A stretch of DNA of 64,000 bases, taken from positions 36,279 to 100,278 of the forward strand of contig DBQS01000016.1 of the NCBI GenBank assembly GCA_002305355.1. The letters run 5' to 3'. The notes beneath the pieces were generated by a model. It worked only from the letters and a program-made list of their open reading frames with translations, was not told the origin of the DNA and ran no database searches. Every line of letters begins with the position of its first letter. Within the stretch, counting starts at the first letter, position 1. This document shows, piece after piece, positions 1 through 9,116 of this stretch. A program made the translations under genes and the position numbers. This stretch comes from Patescibacteria group bacterium UBA1388 (GTDB lineage: Bacteria > Patescibacteriota > Microgenomatia > UBA1400 > PJMF01).

Positions 1-58
1 CGATCAGTATGCTCCCTTTTTGTTCATCAAATGTGGTTTTTTTACCAATTTTTTTCAT
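1..58 (-). CDS. Partial CDS (N-terminus only; the gene continues beyond the window start). Possible additional pseudopilin.
   Basis: ATG at 58-56 on the minus strand reads MKKIGKKTTFDEQKGSILI..., lying 3 nt downstream of the stop of the upstream pilin-like gene. Context suggests another prepilin-type protein, but the motif is incomplete. Confidence 0.3.
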   Translation of the reverse strand, partial: MKKIGKKTTFDEQKGSILI

Positions 59-61
59 TAT

Positions 62-571
62 TTATCTCATGCCGATTGTAGTTTGGAACTCTCTACTTTC
101 AAAACCTGTATTTTGGACAATCGGACTCGTGACGGTGTACGAAATTTTCAATGCATGTTTACCGCCAGGATTTCCGAGTCTTTGAATTGAAAAATTGCTA
201 ATTTGGGTATCGAAATTTAATGGCTGATGTTGATCCTCAACAATCAACACTAACTGGCCATCATCAACTACATAAGTATAATTAACGCCCTCAATGATTA
301 ACTTTGCGGTAGGGGAATTCTCTCCCAATAATAATGGCTGTACGATATTTGCAGATCTTTTGATGTCATAGGCTAAACGAGCAAGTATAAACTGACCGTC
401 ACGTTCAACTGCTGATAAAGCTTGACTTTGGCTTTTCGCTTCCAAGATTGATAGGAAAAGGGAGCTGAGTTGCACGAACATCAGTGACACCAACGCAAAA
501 TATAGCAAGAGCTCGATTAATGTATAACCTTGATTGAATCTCTTAATGATCTTTTGATTTGTTTTTATCAT
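62..571 (-). CDS. Type IV pilin-like / pseudopilin with a prepilin-type N-terminal cleavage-methylation domain.
   Basis: N-terminus ...RFNQG|YTLIELLLYFALVSLMF has Gly followed by (F/Y)TLIE and a hydrophobic helix, the class III signal. Confidence 0.7.
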   Translation of the reverse strand: MIKTNQKIIKRFNQGYTLIELLLYFALVSLMFVQLSSLFLSILEAKSQSQALSAVERDGQFILARLAYDIKRSANIVQPLLLGENSPTAKLIIEGVNYTYVVDDGQLVLIVEDQHQPLNFDTQISNFSIQRLGNPGGKHALKISYTVTSPIVQNTGFESREFQTTIGMR

Positions 572-624
572 GACTTAGCTGCTTACTATTCATTTTTTGT
601 TCATTCTCATTATCCGCTCAATTG

Positions 625-2607
625 CTATGGAGAGTAATTGACAGTGACTGAATCAATCACTGGGGTACTGGAGCTATCCGCCGTTTCTAAAAAAACTTTA
701 TACTTAAAACATCTGCCAGGGTTTTCATAACCAGAATCATCATCATTGATAGGAATTGGCCCTTCATCTGTAAAAAATGTGGAGCTGGTTCCATCGGGAC
801 CAACAAAGATATATGATGGCTCAACGCAATTTCCGTTGACCGCATCTGCTACGGCCACTTGAAATTTTGCGCTGGTTTGATTGGGTACCATCTTATTCAT
901 CATCACATAATTAAAGGCGGTGGCATAACCAGCATCAAGATATTGAGATTCATAAGTGCCGGTAGTTGCAAATGAATCTCCGGCCCCACCTTCAATAATC
1001 TTGAACTCTGAAGTACTATCTTTGCTAACAATGTAAGAGTATGCTTCGCCATCTTGCTCTAACACACCATCAACCCCATAAACACCGGTATCTAAGTTGA
1101 GGCTGCCACACATTGTTGGATGTGATTCGTCAGTGATATCTACCACTTGATACTCTTCACCTCCAGTGCCAACAATAATTAGTTTGTTCTCGGTCACGAG
1201 TGCCAAGTCCCTGGGATTCATACCATGAGTGTCATATGTCCCAATGAGCGGAAGTGATCCGGATTTGCTAGTGGTGTCAATGATAAATAATTCCCTCATA
1301 TCCCCTGCCTCATCAGTGATGAGATATGCTCTGGTGCCAGTTTCATTTACTTCCACATCCTTACCACGTCTACTATTGACATTTGCGTATCCAACTCTTG
1401 ACAAACTTCTCGGATTAGAAACATCAATTATTTGCATTTCCCTCAAGCCAAAATCAAGCGCCACATAAGCATAATTTCCCTTCACATCAATTCTATAACC
1501 AGTTGCTGGCCACAACAAATAAGGACTCAAGTTGATTGAGTCAAGTTCGGGCAAATTGCCAGACTTATTAGTCAAGTCTACAGTGTGCAACTTGGGACCA
1601 ATCACCATATATGCCACGTTCCCAGACACATGCACTCCTTGCGCAGATCCCCACCAGTAAGTGTCATTAAAAACTGCTACCTCTTGCCCTGTTTCAAGAT
1701 CAACAACCAATAAATCTTTCGAAACGTCACCAGTCGCAATGTAAGCATAATTTTCATCAATGAAAATGTCATTGGTGTCATATCCTGCGATTTGATTGGC
1801 AATACTCACGCCAGGAGGATCATTTTGATCAATATCCATTTCTACAAATACTCCACCAGTACCATCGGTACCGCTAAAAGCCTTACCCTCAATCGCCCTC
1901 ACCACTTTAGCACGCCCTGTGCCAGGTAGGTCTAACTCGGTTCTAATGTAGTCGCTTGGTTTACACCAATTCCCTTTTCCACCAGAACCCAAAATGATTT
2001 CTCCGCCTTGATTATTTACCACCGCTGTGCCACTAGTGAATCCCTCTAAAAAATCTGCTTCACTCGTTTCGATTAAAGACAGATTGTCCAAATATCTAGT
2101 CATATAAATTACAGATGAGATCTGTGATGAGCTGGGTTGTTCCCAACTAATTTGAATGTCAATTTTTTTGATAGATGGATCAATAGTCCCACCTTCAGCA
2201 ATAATGTTTTCTGTTTCATCACGCATCACATCTGAAATAGTAAGTGCTCTTGTGAAGAGACCAGTTGTTTCTTCACCAGCCATAAGCGTCCAAGTCGATT
2301 CAGTCACTACCGGATGATAAACACCATTCGTGGCAATTGACTCCCAACTAGATTCTCTAATCACACGTAAAGCCTCCACGGTTTCAATGAGCAAACCATG
2401 CGCCTGAATTCTGTTCTGTCTTTGAGCGGAGCCTTGTTGAGAAGTAATAATTGCTCCAATTAAAGCAGGCGTAATAATTGCCATCAGGGCCATCACAACC
2501 AAAATTTCAATCAACAGTTGTCCCGAACTAGCGTTCCAGCTCTTCACAAATATTTGCCTCTGACCAGATAATTTTTGCAGAAACTTTAGATTAATTTTTT
2601 TGCGCAT
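625..2607 (-). CDS. Large (660 aa) prepilin-type protein fused to an LVIVD-repeat beta-propeller. Putative minor pilin or tip adhesin.
   Basis: N-terminus SSG|QLLIEILVVMALMAII is a prepilin motif. The body carries repeated blocks such as GNYAYVALDFGLREMQIIDVSNPRSLSRVGY, NKLIIVGTGGEEYQVVDITDESHP and LLVVDLETGQE, typical of LVIVD repeats. Confidence 0.7.
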   Translation of the reverse strand: MRKKINLKFLQKLSGQRQIFVKSWNASSGQLLIEILVVMALMAIITPALIGAIITSQQGSAQRQNRIQAHGLLIETVEALRVIRESSWESIATNGVYHPVVTESTWTLMAGEETTGLFTRALTISDVMRDETENIIAEGGTIDPSIKKIDIQISWEQPSSSQISSVIYMTRYLDNLSLIETSEADFLEGFTSGTAVVNNQGGEIILGSGGKGNWCKPSDYIRTELDLPGTGRAKVVRAIEGKAFSGTDGTGGVFVEMDIDQNDPPGVSIANQIAGYDTNDIFIDENYAYIATGDVSKDLLVVDLETGQEVAVFNDTYWWGSAQGVHVSGNVAYMVIGPKLHTVDLTNKSGNLPELDSINLSPYLLWPATGYRIDVKGNYAYVALDFGLREMQIIDVSNPRSLSRVGYANVNSRRGKDVEVNETGTRAYLITDEAGDMRELFIIDTTSKSGSLPLIGTYDTHGMNPRDLALVTENKLIIVGTGGEEYQVVDITDESHPTMCGSLNLDTGVYGVDGVLEQDGEAYSYIVSKDSTSEFKIIEGGAGDSFATTGTYESQYLDAGYATAFNYVMMNKMVPNQTSAKFQVAVADAVNGNCVEPSYIFVGPDGTSSTFFTDEGPIPINDDDSGYENPGRCFKYKVFLETADSSSTPVIDSVTVNYSP

Positions 2608-3118
2608 GCATCGCTCCTAATTGGTTAATTTCGAAATCAACTCGATCCCCAGTTGTTGAATTTTCCAAACTAAATGTATCTAAATCAGATTGATAGTTCA
2701 TGACTTCACCGCTTAACGGTAAAAATATAATTTGTCTATCAGGTATCGTCACTTCCCTAAATCTGACATCCTGAGGCAATGTCGCCACCACATTGGCGGA
2801 GTCGCTAGCTTGGAAAGTATCACCTTGAAACAAAACATATTGATCATCTCCTAAATAAACACCCTGAGGTAGTGCCTCATCGAGATTTGAATAATTGCCT
2901 TGCATGGCCTGCATTTGTTGTCTTTTCAAGTCGGAAACAAACATTTGTTGATACTCGCTGAGATTTGTTTTCGGGATTAATCCTGACAAAGAAATGCTAG
3001 AAATTGCAAACACTACTGTAAATAAGGCAAGCACAACTAATATTTCAACGAGCGTCATGCCTTTATCTTCATAAAGAATCGATCTGTGCAACCAATCCTT
3101 ACTTTTCCTGTTCATCAT
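2591..3118 (-). CDS. Type IV pilin-like protein (prepilin-type N-terminus).
   Basis: DKG|MTLVEILVVLALFTVVFAI motif. The ATGATG start at 3118/3115 gives MMNRKSKDW...; the longer ORF-track start at 3268 overlaps the kinase gene and is unlikely. Confidence 0.65.
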   Translation of the reverse strand: MMNRKSKDWLHRSILYEDKGMTLVEILVVLALFTVVFAISSISLSGLIPKTNLSEYQQMFVSDLKRQQMQAMQGNYSNLDEALPQGVYLGDDQYVLFQGDTFQASDSANVVATLPQDVRFREVTIPDRQIIFLPLSGEVMNYQSDLDTFSLENSTTGDRVDFEINQLGAMHAQKN

Positions 3119-5339
3119 TTGGGTCTTTCTTAACACTTTTTTCTTCGTGACGTTTGCGTAATTTTTTGAGTCCTTCCTCAGAATACACCGGCACTGTAAA
3201 ACTGAAAGTGGAACCTTTGCCATGACCGTCCGATTCAACCCAAATTTTCCCTCCGTGCAACTCAACAATTGATTTGCTGATGTACAAACCTAATCCAGTG
3301 CCTTGAGCTGAATCTTTGTTCGAAATGTAAGATTCTTTGAGCATACCAAATTTTTTAAACAACTTTGAAATTTGATCCCTCGCCAAACCTACTCCGGTAT
3401 CAATGACGCTGATCGTCACAAATTGTTTGGAAGCAGTTAGACATACTCTGACCTTACCTTGAGGGGGTGTGAATTTGAGTGCATTACCTATTAAATTAGT
3501 CAATACTTCAGCAATTTTATCTCGGTCTGCCATCACATCTGGTAAATCAGACATTTTCTGATGTTTAGCGGTCGGACACTCAATAGTGACCTGCACGTGA
3601 TGCGCTTCAGATCGAGGTTGAAATTCACCGACAATTTGTGACACTAATTCACCAATTTTTAGTTGGGTAATATTCAAAATAATTCTTCCTGATTCAATTC
3701 GCGAAATGTTCAACAAATCATTGATCAATTGTGACATTCTGTTGGCAGAGGCATATGCCCTATCTAAATAAAACTTTTGCTTGCGTTGCAACCTACCACC
3801 CTTGCCCGCCAAAGTCATCCAAATATAATTTTTGATTGAAACCATGGGAGTCCGCAACTCGTGAGAAGCAATTGATACAAATTCATCTTTAAGCTTGTCT
3901 AACTCCTGCAATTTTTTATTGGCAGCCAGTAATTGACTAGTAGCTCGTTCAATTTCATCCTCAAGTGTTATATTGAACCTGCGAATTTCTTCATAAGCTT
4001 TAGCATTTTCAATAGCAACTGCTGCTTGAGAGGCAATGATGTTAACTAACTTGGAGTCTCGGCTTGAAAAAGGATCGCCAGACAATTTCCCTCCCAAAGT
4101 AATTAGGCCTATTGTTTGACCCTCCTTAATCATCTCGATCACTAATTCAAACTCATATTTTTTAAAAATGTTCTGTAATTTGTTGTTGCTCAATGATTCG
4201 TAAATCATTAATTCATTGGGATGTAAAAGTTCTCCAATCTCTTTTTCATCAAGAACAGGTGTTTCGTCATACCCTTCACTAACAACCTGATATATCCCAT
4301 TTTCTTCAATTAAAATAATCATCCCTCTGTGAATTTTCATATTTTGTAACATACGTTGCAACAACTTCCGACATAAATCTTCCAGCAAGAGAGTGGATGC
4401 CATAATTAAAGTTAACTGGTGAAGCAATTCTTCGAAATCATAATAATCCTGATAAAAAATTTGATCCGTTGTTTTCGTAAGGAATTTTTTGAGTGGTTGC
4501 AGCGTAAATCCCACAGCAATAGACAAAAACACGAATATACTTGCTAAACGCAAATCTAACAAACTACCGAAAATCAAATTTGAAAACAAAAATAGAAAAA
4601 TACTTTGGAAAGTTGCAAAAATAATCAAGACTAAAAAATAGGAGACAGTTCTCGCTAGGACTGGCCTGATGTCTAAAAGTTGGTAACGACCAATGGCTGC
4701 GGCAACGGCCCCTCCTCCCAACAATAAAAATAATGGTGACCAATCAACAAACCAGGTAATATGAAAAATGAGCGGCAAAATTACCGTTGATACCAGCATT
4801 AAAATAAAGCTAATTGAAATACCGACTGCAATTAATTGCAGTTGTTGTCGCAAATAACCTTTGCTTAAACGGTATTTCCTGAACAGACTTGCTACTCCTC
4901 CCAAGATTGCACCTATCTGCAGCATCATAAATGACAACACTGCGGAACCAGCTTCGATTTGTAAAGTACCTGCTTCAATCGTAACTCTAGAAAAAATTAA
5001 TCCCGAATAAGCAAGAACAAAATTGAGCAAAACCCACAAAAAAAGAACGATTTGGATTTTCAAATTAAAAAATATTTTTTGTGTGGGAAATACTTTCACA
5101 AAACAAAAAAAGAAGGGACCAGCTGGAATGGCTGAAAATAGTATCATTTTAGAAAAGAAATCAAGGCCCATTTGAGAATTGGTATGTAAAGCTAAATAAT
5201 TAAAAATTGGGTAAAGACTAATGCAAAATAAAAGAAAAGCAAAATAGATATGAGTACCACTTTTCCTATTTTTGAGAATAATAAACAAGCCCAGTACAAA
5301 ACTGATTAAAGCAGTCAAGATGGCGATAAATAATTCCAT
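3099..5339 (-). CDS. Sensor histidine kinase: polytopic N-terminal membrane domain, GAF-like domain, HisKA, HATPase_c.
   Basis: At least 8 predicted TM helices at the N-terminus. H-box FVSIASHELRTPMVSIKNY. G-boxes GTGLGLYISKSIVELHGGKIWVESDGHGKGSTFSF. Confidence 0.8.
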   Translation of the reverse strand: MELFIAILTALISFVLGLFIILKNRKSGTHIYFAFLLFCISLYPIFNYLALHTNSQMGLDFFSKMILFSAIPAGPFFFCFVKVFPTQKIFFNLKIQIVLFLWVLLNFVLAYSGLIFSRVTIEAGTLQIEAGSAVLSFMMLQIGAILGGVASLFRKYRLSKGYLRQQLQLIAVGISISFILMLVSTVILPLIFHITWFVDWSPLFLLLGGGAVAAAIGRYQLLDIRPVLARTVSYFLVLIIFATFQSIFLFLFSNLIFGSLLDLRLASIFVFLSIAVGFTLQPLKKFLTKTTDQIFYQDYYDFEELLHQLTLIMASTLLLEDLCRKLLQRMLQNMKIHRGMIILIEENGIYQVVSEGYDETPVLDEKEIGELLHPNELMIYESLSNNKLQNIFKKYEFELVIEMIKEGQTIGLITLGGKLSGDPFSSRDSKLVNIIASQAAVAIENAKAYEEIRRFNITLEDEIERATSQLLAANKKLQELDKLKDEFVSIASHELRTPMVSIKNYIWMTLAGKGGRLQRKQKFYLDRAYASANRMSQLINDLLNISRIESGRIILNITQLKIGELVSQIVGEFQPRSEAHHVQVTIECPTAKHQKMSDLPDVMADRDKIAEVLTNLIGNALKFTPPQGKVRVCLTASKQFVTISVIDTGVGLARDQISKLFKKFGMLKESYISNKDSAQGTGLGLYISKSIVELHGGKIWVESDGHGKGSTFSFTVPVYSEEGLKKLRKRHEEKSVKKDPNDEQEK

Positions 5340-5345
5340 GCAGTG

Positions 5346-6482
5346 CTAGGGCAAATTAATCGCCTCCAAAACACTTCTGCGTGGCGTGTGAATTTCCCTA
5401 TTTACACTATACCCTAATCGAAAAAACATGTGAGGAGTAAGTTTGGGAATCCTGAAAAACGATTGCAAAAACGCTGGGTAGTTTTTGTTTTCAACCAAAG
5501 CTGCCATCGGCGTAGTGCTGATTCCAAAGTTTCGACAAACCAAAGCAACTAATTGATAAGCAATACCAGCTTGAATCCATGCCAAAATATTATTCTCAGA
5601 GCTAGCTATTAATCCTAACGCTGGTGCTGACTGTAAATTTTTAGCATCTTTGATCGACTGTATTTTCAATGGAAAAGCAAAAAACCTAATCACTATTGGT
5701 CCTAACCAAGACATCAAAAGTGGTAAACCTGAAACAAAACCGGGCATACCATCCGCTTGCTGAGTGTTGTTCGCTCGCAACCACTGGCTTAATTCTCTTC
5801 TGAAATTCTGATTCGCAGACATTTCATATGCTGCCTTCTTGTAAAGCTGAGCCAGTGTTTTAATTGTATCCCCATTTGATATAATTTTTAACTGAGATTT
5901 CGTAAATAATCTTACATAGTTGTTGATTAAATTTACAACTTGATTGGGAACAGTTTGAGAAAGATATTTCCCCTTATCTGAAAAACGTTTATCAATATTC
6001 TCAAACAGCCTACCGAGTATCATTAGTTTGGATATTTGATGATCATCTGTTGGTTTTTGAAATGAAACTTGAATTAATAATTCAAATCTTTTAACCCATA
6101 GGTCATTAACATTTGAAAAACAATTTTTAGTCTTAGTGATTCCTTGAAAATAGTTATCTTGATTAATATTTGATCTTTTCCGGTGAATTTCATAGTCAAT
6201 TTGATAACCATATGCTGCAGCAGCAACTTGTAAGTTTGTGATCATACAGCCGAGACTTATAAAAACACCCCTGTCAATGGGATCCGCGGCTGGCAGACGC
6301 AACTGATAATTTGGAGAAATTGTTAACCCGCCATCATTGACCTTTAACTTCCAAGGCTGCGTATTATGAGTTGATGGGGCAAGGATGCCCGCTTTCAAAC
6401 TTTCAGACACTACAACTGCTAATGATTTGTTGGATTGCGGTTGACGTAAATGATGCCAAGCTGCGTAATTGTGCTTATGCAT
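5346..6482 (-). CDS. Nitroreductase-superfamily (FMN oxidoreductase fold) protein with a long internal insertion.
   Basis: N-terminal ...AGILAPSTHNTQPWKLKV matches the nitroreductase APSxxNxQPW motif. C-terminal ...FFRLGYSVNREIHTPRRS matches the RLGY...PRR end of the fold. About 180 aa of non-canonical sequence lie between them. Confidence 0.6.
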   Translation of the reverse strand: MHKHNYAAWHHLRQPQSNKSLAVVVSESLKAGILAPSTHNTQPWKLKVNDGGLTISPNYQLRLPAADPIDRGVFISLGCMITNLQVAAAAYGYQIDYEIHRKRSNINQDNYFQGITKTKNCFSNVNDLWVKRFELLIQVSFQKPTDDHQISKLMILGRLFENIDKRFSDKGKYLSQTVPNQVVNLINNYVRLFTKSQLKIISNGDTIKTLAQLYKKAAYEMSANQNFRRELSQWLRANNTQQADGMPGFVSGLPLLMSWLGPIVIRFFAFPLKIQSIKDAKNLQSAPALGLIASSENNILAWIQAGIAYQLVALVCRNFGISTTPMAALVENKNYPAFLQSFFRIPKLTPHMFFRLGYSVNREIHTPRRSVLEAINLP

Positions 6483-7586
6483 TTAATTTACCTCCATCAT
6501 ATCTTCAAGATCAAATATACTTGGAAAATGAATTTTCGTTTGCTGACTAACAACCTTTTTGCGCAGGGCAATTTGTCTAACTAAAAAGGCAGTGATACCT
6601 GCGCCAACTGTCACCGAACTATACAGTTGTGGTCTACCAACCAAAGTTATTCCCAACTGGGTAACTGAGCGCTTTGCTCTAAGCGGCACATTATTTTTAC
6701 CAACTAAAGTTACCGCCAACATTTTCCGTTCATCATCGCTTAATTTTTGATTGACTATTTTATTTAATAAGGCTGCTTTCACCCTGCCATGAAAAGGTTG
6801 CAAACTTTCTAAGTCGTAACGTTCAACATCGAACAATACCGAATCACCCAAATTAGTGCACATCAAGAGAGGCAAACGGTACTTTTTCGCCATTTGTCTT
6901 AACAGGACTTTCATCGGAAAGTCATCTATTGCATCAATAAGCAATTGCGGCCGATTCTTTTCCCTCATTAATTTTTCTATTAATGTTTGAGTGGCTCTTT
7001 TCCGAATCACATTTAACTTTAAAAAAGGATCAAGCTGATATAAATCTTGAGCAACCCGCTCTGCTTTTGACTGACCAATAGCAAAGATATCGACCGGTAC
7101 ACGATTTAAATTTGATATCGAAAAATAATCATCATCACAAATTGTCATCCTCTGTGAAAAACCGCACTGGATGATAGTTTTCGCAATCACCCCGCCAATA
7201 GACATCCCAAAAATTGCAATCGGAAAGTCACGGAGTTGCAGCTGTTCTTTTGCTGAAATGAGTTTTTGATTACGGTTGGTGCGCAAAGCAAAAAAATTAT
7301 GCTCTGTAAGTAAGTGTACGATGGCATTTCTCCATGGATAATAGACCCACACGCCAATAATTTGATCTTGTTCTTTATTATCAGCTAAAAATTCTTGCAA
7401 CTTGGCTTGATTGCTTGCCACAGATGGATTAGTTATTTCAAATAATTCCCGTAGTTGGTCTTGGTAGTGATCAATTTTATTAACTTGAGGATGATGAGCT
7501 AACCATCTTGATAAGTCTTTAGGAGAGTGCGAATCAGCAGAAATTATGAAAGGTGAATATTCTGACTTCATTTGCTCATTCATCAA
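6483..7586 (-). CDS. ThiF/MoeB/E1-like adenylyltransferase-family protein with an N-terminal extension.
   Basis: IAIFGMSIGGVIAKTIIQCGF (GxGxxG Rossmann loop) followed by ICDDDYFSISNLNRV (D.D.V..SNLNRQ-type motif). There is zero-nt spacing to the downstream gene. Confidence 0.65.
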   Translation of the reverse strand: MMNEQMKSEYSPFIISADSHSPKDLSRWLAHHPQVNKIDHYQDQLRELFEITNPSVASNQAKLQEFLADNKEQDQIIGVWVYYPWRNAIVHLLTEHNFFALRTNRNQKLISAKEQLQLRDFPIAIFGMSIGGVIAKTIIQCGFSQRMTICDDDYFSISNLNRVPVDIFAIGQSKAERVAQDLYQLDPFLKLNVIRKRATQTLIEKLMREKNRPQLLIDAIDDFPMKVLLRQMAKKYRLPLLMCTNLGDSVLFDVERYDLESLQPFHGRVKAALLNKIVNQKLSDDERKMLAVTLVGKNNVPLRAKRSVTQLGITLVGRPQLYSSVTVGAGITAFLVRQIALRKKVVSQQTKIHFPSIFDLEDMMEVN

Positions 7587-7589
7587 ACC

Positions 7590-9116
7590 TTACTTCTTAA
7601 TCCATCGTTGCTTAATAATGGGGTTAAAATATTTGGGATGATGGTGTTCCCAAAAAATCACATTTGGTTCGGCCCTGCCATTAATAGTTTCATAGGTTTT
7701 TCTGTATGGTGAATTTTCAACTTTTAAAATCTCAACCAGTGTTTTCGTTACAGATTTTTTCAGTGATTTTGAACTTTTAATACCACTCTTTAACTCGACG
7801 TTAATATCTAATCTTTGATTCTGATCCCGATCATATCTGACTTCCATAGTAAATCTGCCAGTAACTGCTACCTCTAATTCGGAACGAAGTAATGCCCTTC
7901 TAATTGTTTCCGGATAAATCGTGAAACCATAAAAACTAACCGAAAAATCTCGCCTTTCGTAAACATAAACAAATGGTAGCTGCCAAACGGTATGATCTAT
8001 TTTTTCTTGTTTCGCAAGCTTCAGCAAATCTGTGCCATGTTCTTCAAAATTTTTAATCATCCTTTCAAAGGAAATTACTCTACCCCTATCTTTCAAATCA
8101 TAGCGTGCAAGTGGCAAACCACTATAGGCAGAACAAATTAAATCACCATCATCATCTTCAAAATAAAACATGTCTGGGAAAAATTGGGTTAAGGTAGGAA
8201 CACGATAGATTTTGTTAAAAACTTGATCAAAAATTACTTTGTTCAGATAAGCCTTTCTTCTTGCCAAAATTGAAAGTGGTGTTTCATAAGACATCGTACC
8301 CATATCCACCGTACCATATTGATTTAAAGTGTGCGTGAAAATATTTTCTAAGCCAGTTGCTTTCGCCACATAATCTCGAAAAGACTCACTAAATACTTCC
8401 GCCGCAAAAATAAAACCAAGGTCATATTGTTTCCACTTCAAACCCTCTCGTTTTGCTTCATCTAAAGTATCTTTGAGAAATGGTCCATAACTCCCAATAA
8501 TGATTTGATCAAAATATGGACCCAAGCGTTTGACAGCCTTAATGATTTCTGTCGCACTCACACCGGGTGTAATCACACTTAATGGATACTGTCTACTATC
8601 AGCAATGTATTTAATGGCTTGATAAGTAAACAAGCCTCCAATCCACTGCCCCATCGGAAAACCAACGATGTAGAGCGTAGTTTTCTGATCAATTTGAAAG
8701 TTTGTGAGCAAATATAATTCTGCCATTGCTGCATACTGCCAATCTTGATCCCTTTCCCTCGGAAAATAAAACGGTTCACCAGTTGATCCAGTAGTTGATG
8801 CAATTACAACTGGCTTTGAAGATAACTTACCATCCCACGATAAGGCATCAAGAGGATATTGTCTTAAATATGAGTTCTTACTAACTGGGGGTACCTTTTT
8901 AAAATCGGCAATTGTATTAATTGTGTGCGGCCTAATCTTGTGTTTACGTAAAAAATCTCGATAAGCAGGCACACGTAATGCCATCTGCTGAAATAATTGT
9001 AAAACGCGTTTGTCGCCTCTTTTTTGCCAATAATATTCTGGATTGTGTTGTAATTTGTAAAGTAATTTATTTGGTTGTAAATAGCCAGACGCTATTAATG
9101 TCCTGTTATTCTTCAT
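7590..9116 (-). CDS. PaaK-like (phenylacetate-CoA ligase / F390-synthetase family) adenylate-forming enzyme.
   Basis: ADFKKVPPVSKNSYLRQYP...VIASTTGSTGEPFYFPRERDQD aligns with PaaK DLRKFPCTTKQDLRDNYP...IHASSGTTGKPTVVGYTQNDID. The P-loop reads TTGSTGEP, with Glu where PaaK has Lys. The ATG at 9116 overlaps the upstream stop by 11 nt. Confidence 0.65.
   Translation of the reverse strand: MKNNRTLIASGYLQPNKLLYKLQHNPEYYWQKRGDKRVLQLFQQMALRVPAYRDFLRKHKIRPHTINTIADFKKVPPVSKNSYLRQYPLDALSWDGKLSSKPVVIASTTGSTGEPFYFPRERDQDWQYAAMAELYLLTNFQIDQKTTLYIVGFPMGQWIGGLFTYQAIKYIADSRQYPLSVITPGVSATEIIKAVKRLGPYFDQIIIGSYGPFLKDTLDEAKREGLKWKQYDLGFIFAAEVFSESFRDYVAKATGLENIFTHTLNQYGTVDMGTMSYETPLSILARRKAYLNKVIFDQVFNKIYRVPTLTQFFPDMFYFEDDDGDLICSAYSGLPLARYDLKDRGRVISFERMIKNFEEHGTDLLKLAKQEKIDHTVWQLPFVYVYERRDFSVSFYGFTIYPETIRRALLRSELEVAVTGRFTMEVRYDRDQNQRLDINVELKSGIKSSKSLKKSVTKTLVEILKVENSPYRKTYETINGRAEPNVIFWEHHHPKYFNPIIKQRWIKK

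Noticed and set aside
1229-1468. Short ORFs from the six-frame track embedded antisense or out-of-frame within larger genes (for example 1229-1468, 6559-6750, 8579-8803, 10370-10582, 11646-12020, 13696-13965, 13998-14285, 15610-15825, 25051-25236, 51724-52422, 55904-56367).
   Set aside because: They have no independent signals and are fully nested in well-supported conserved genes. Treated as spurious.
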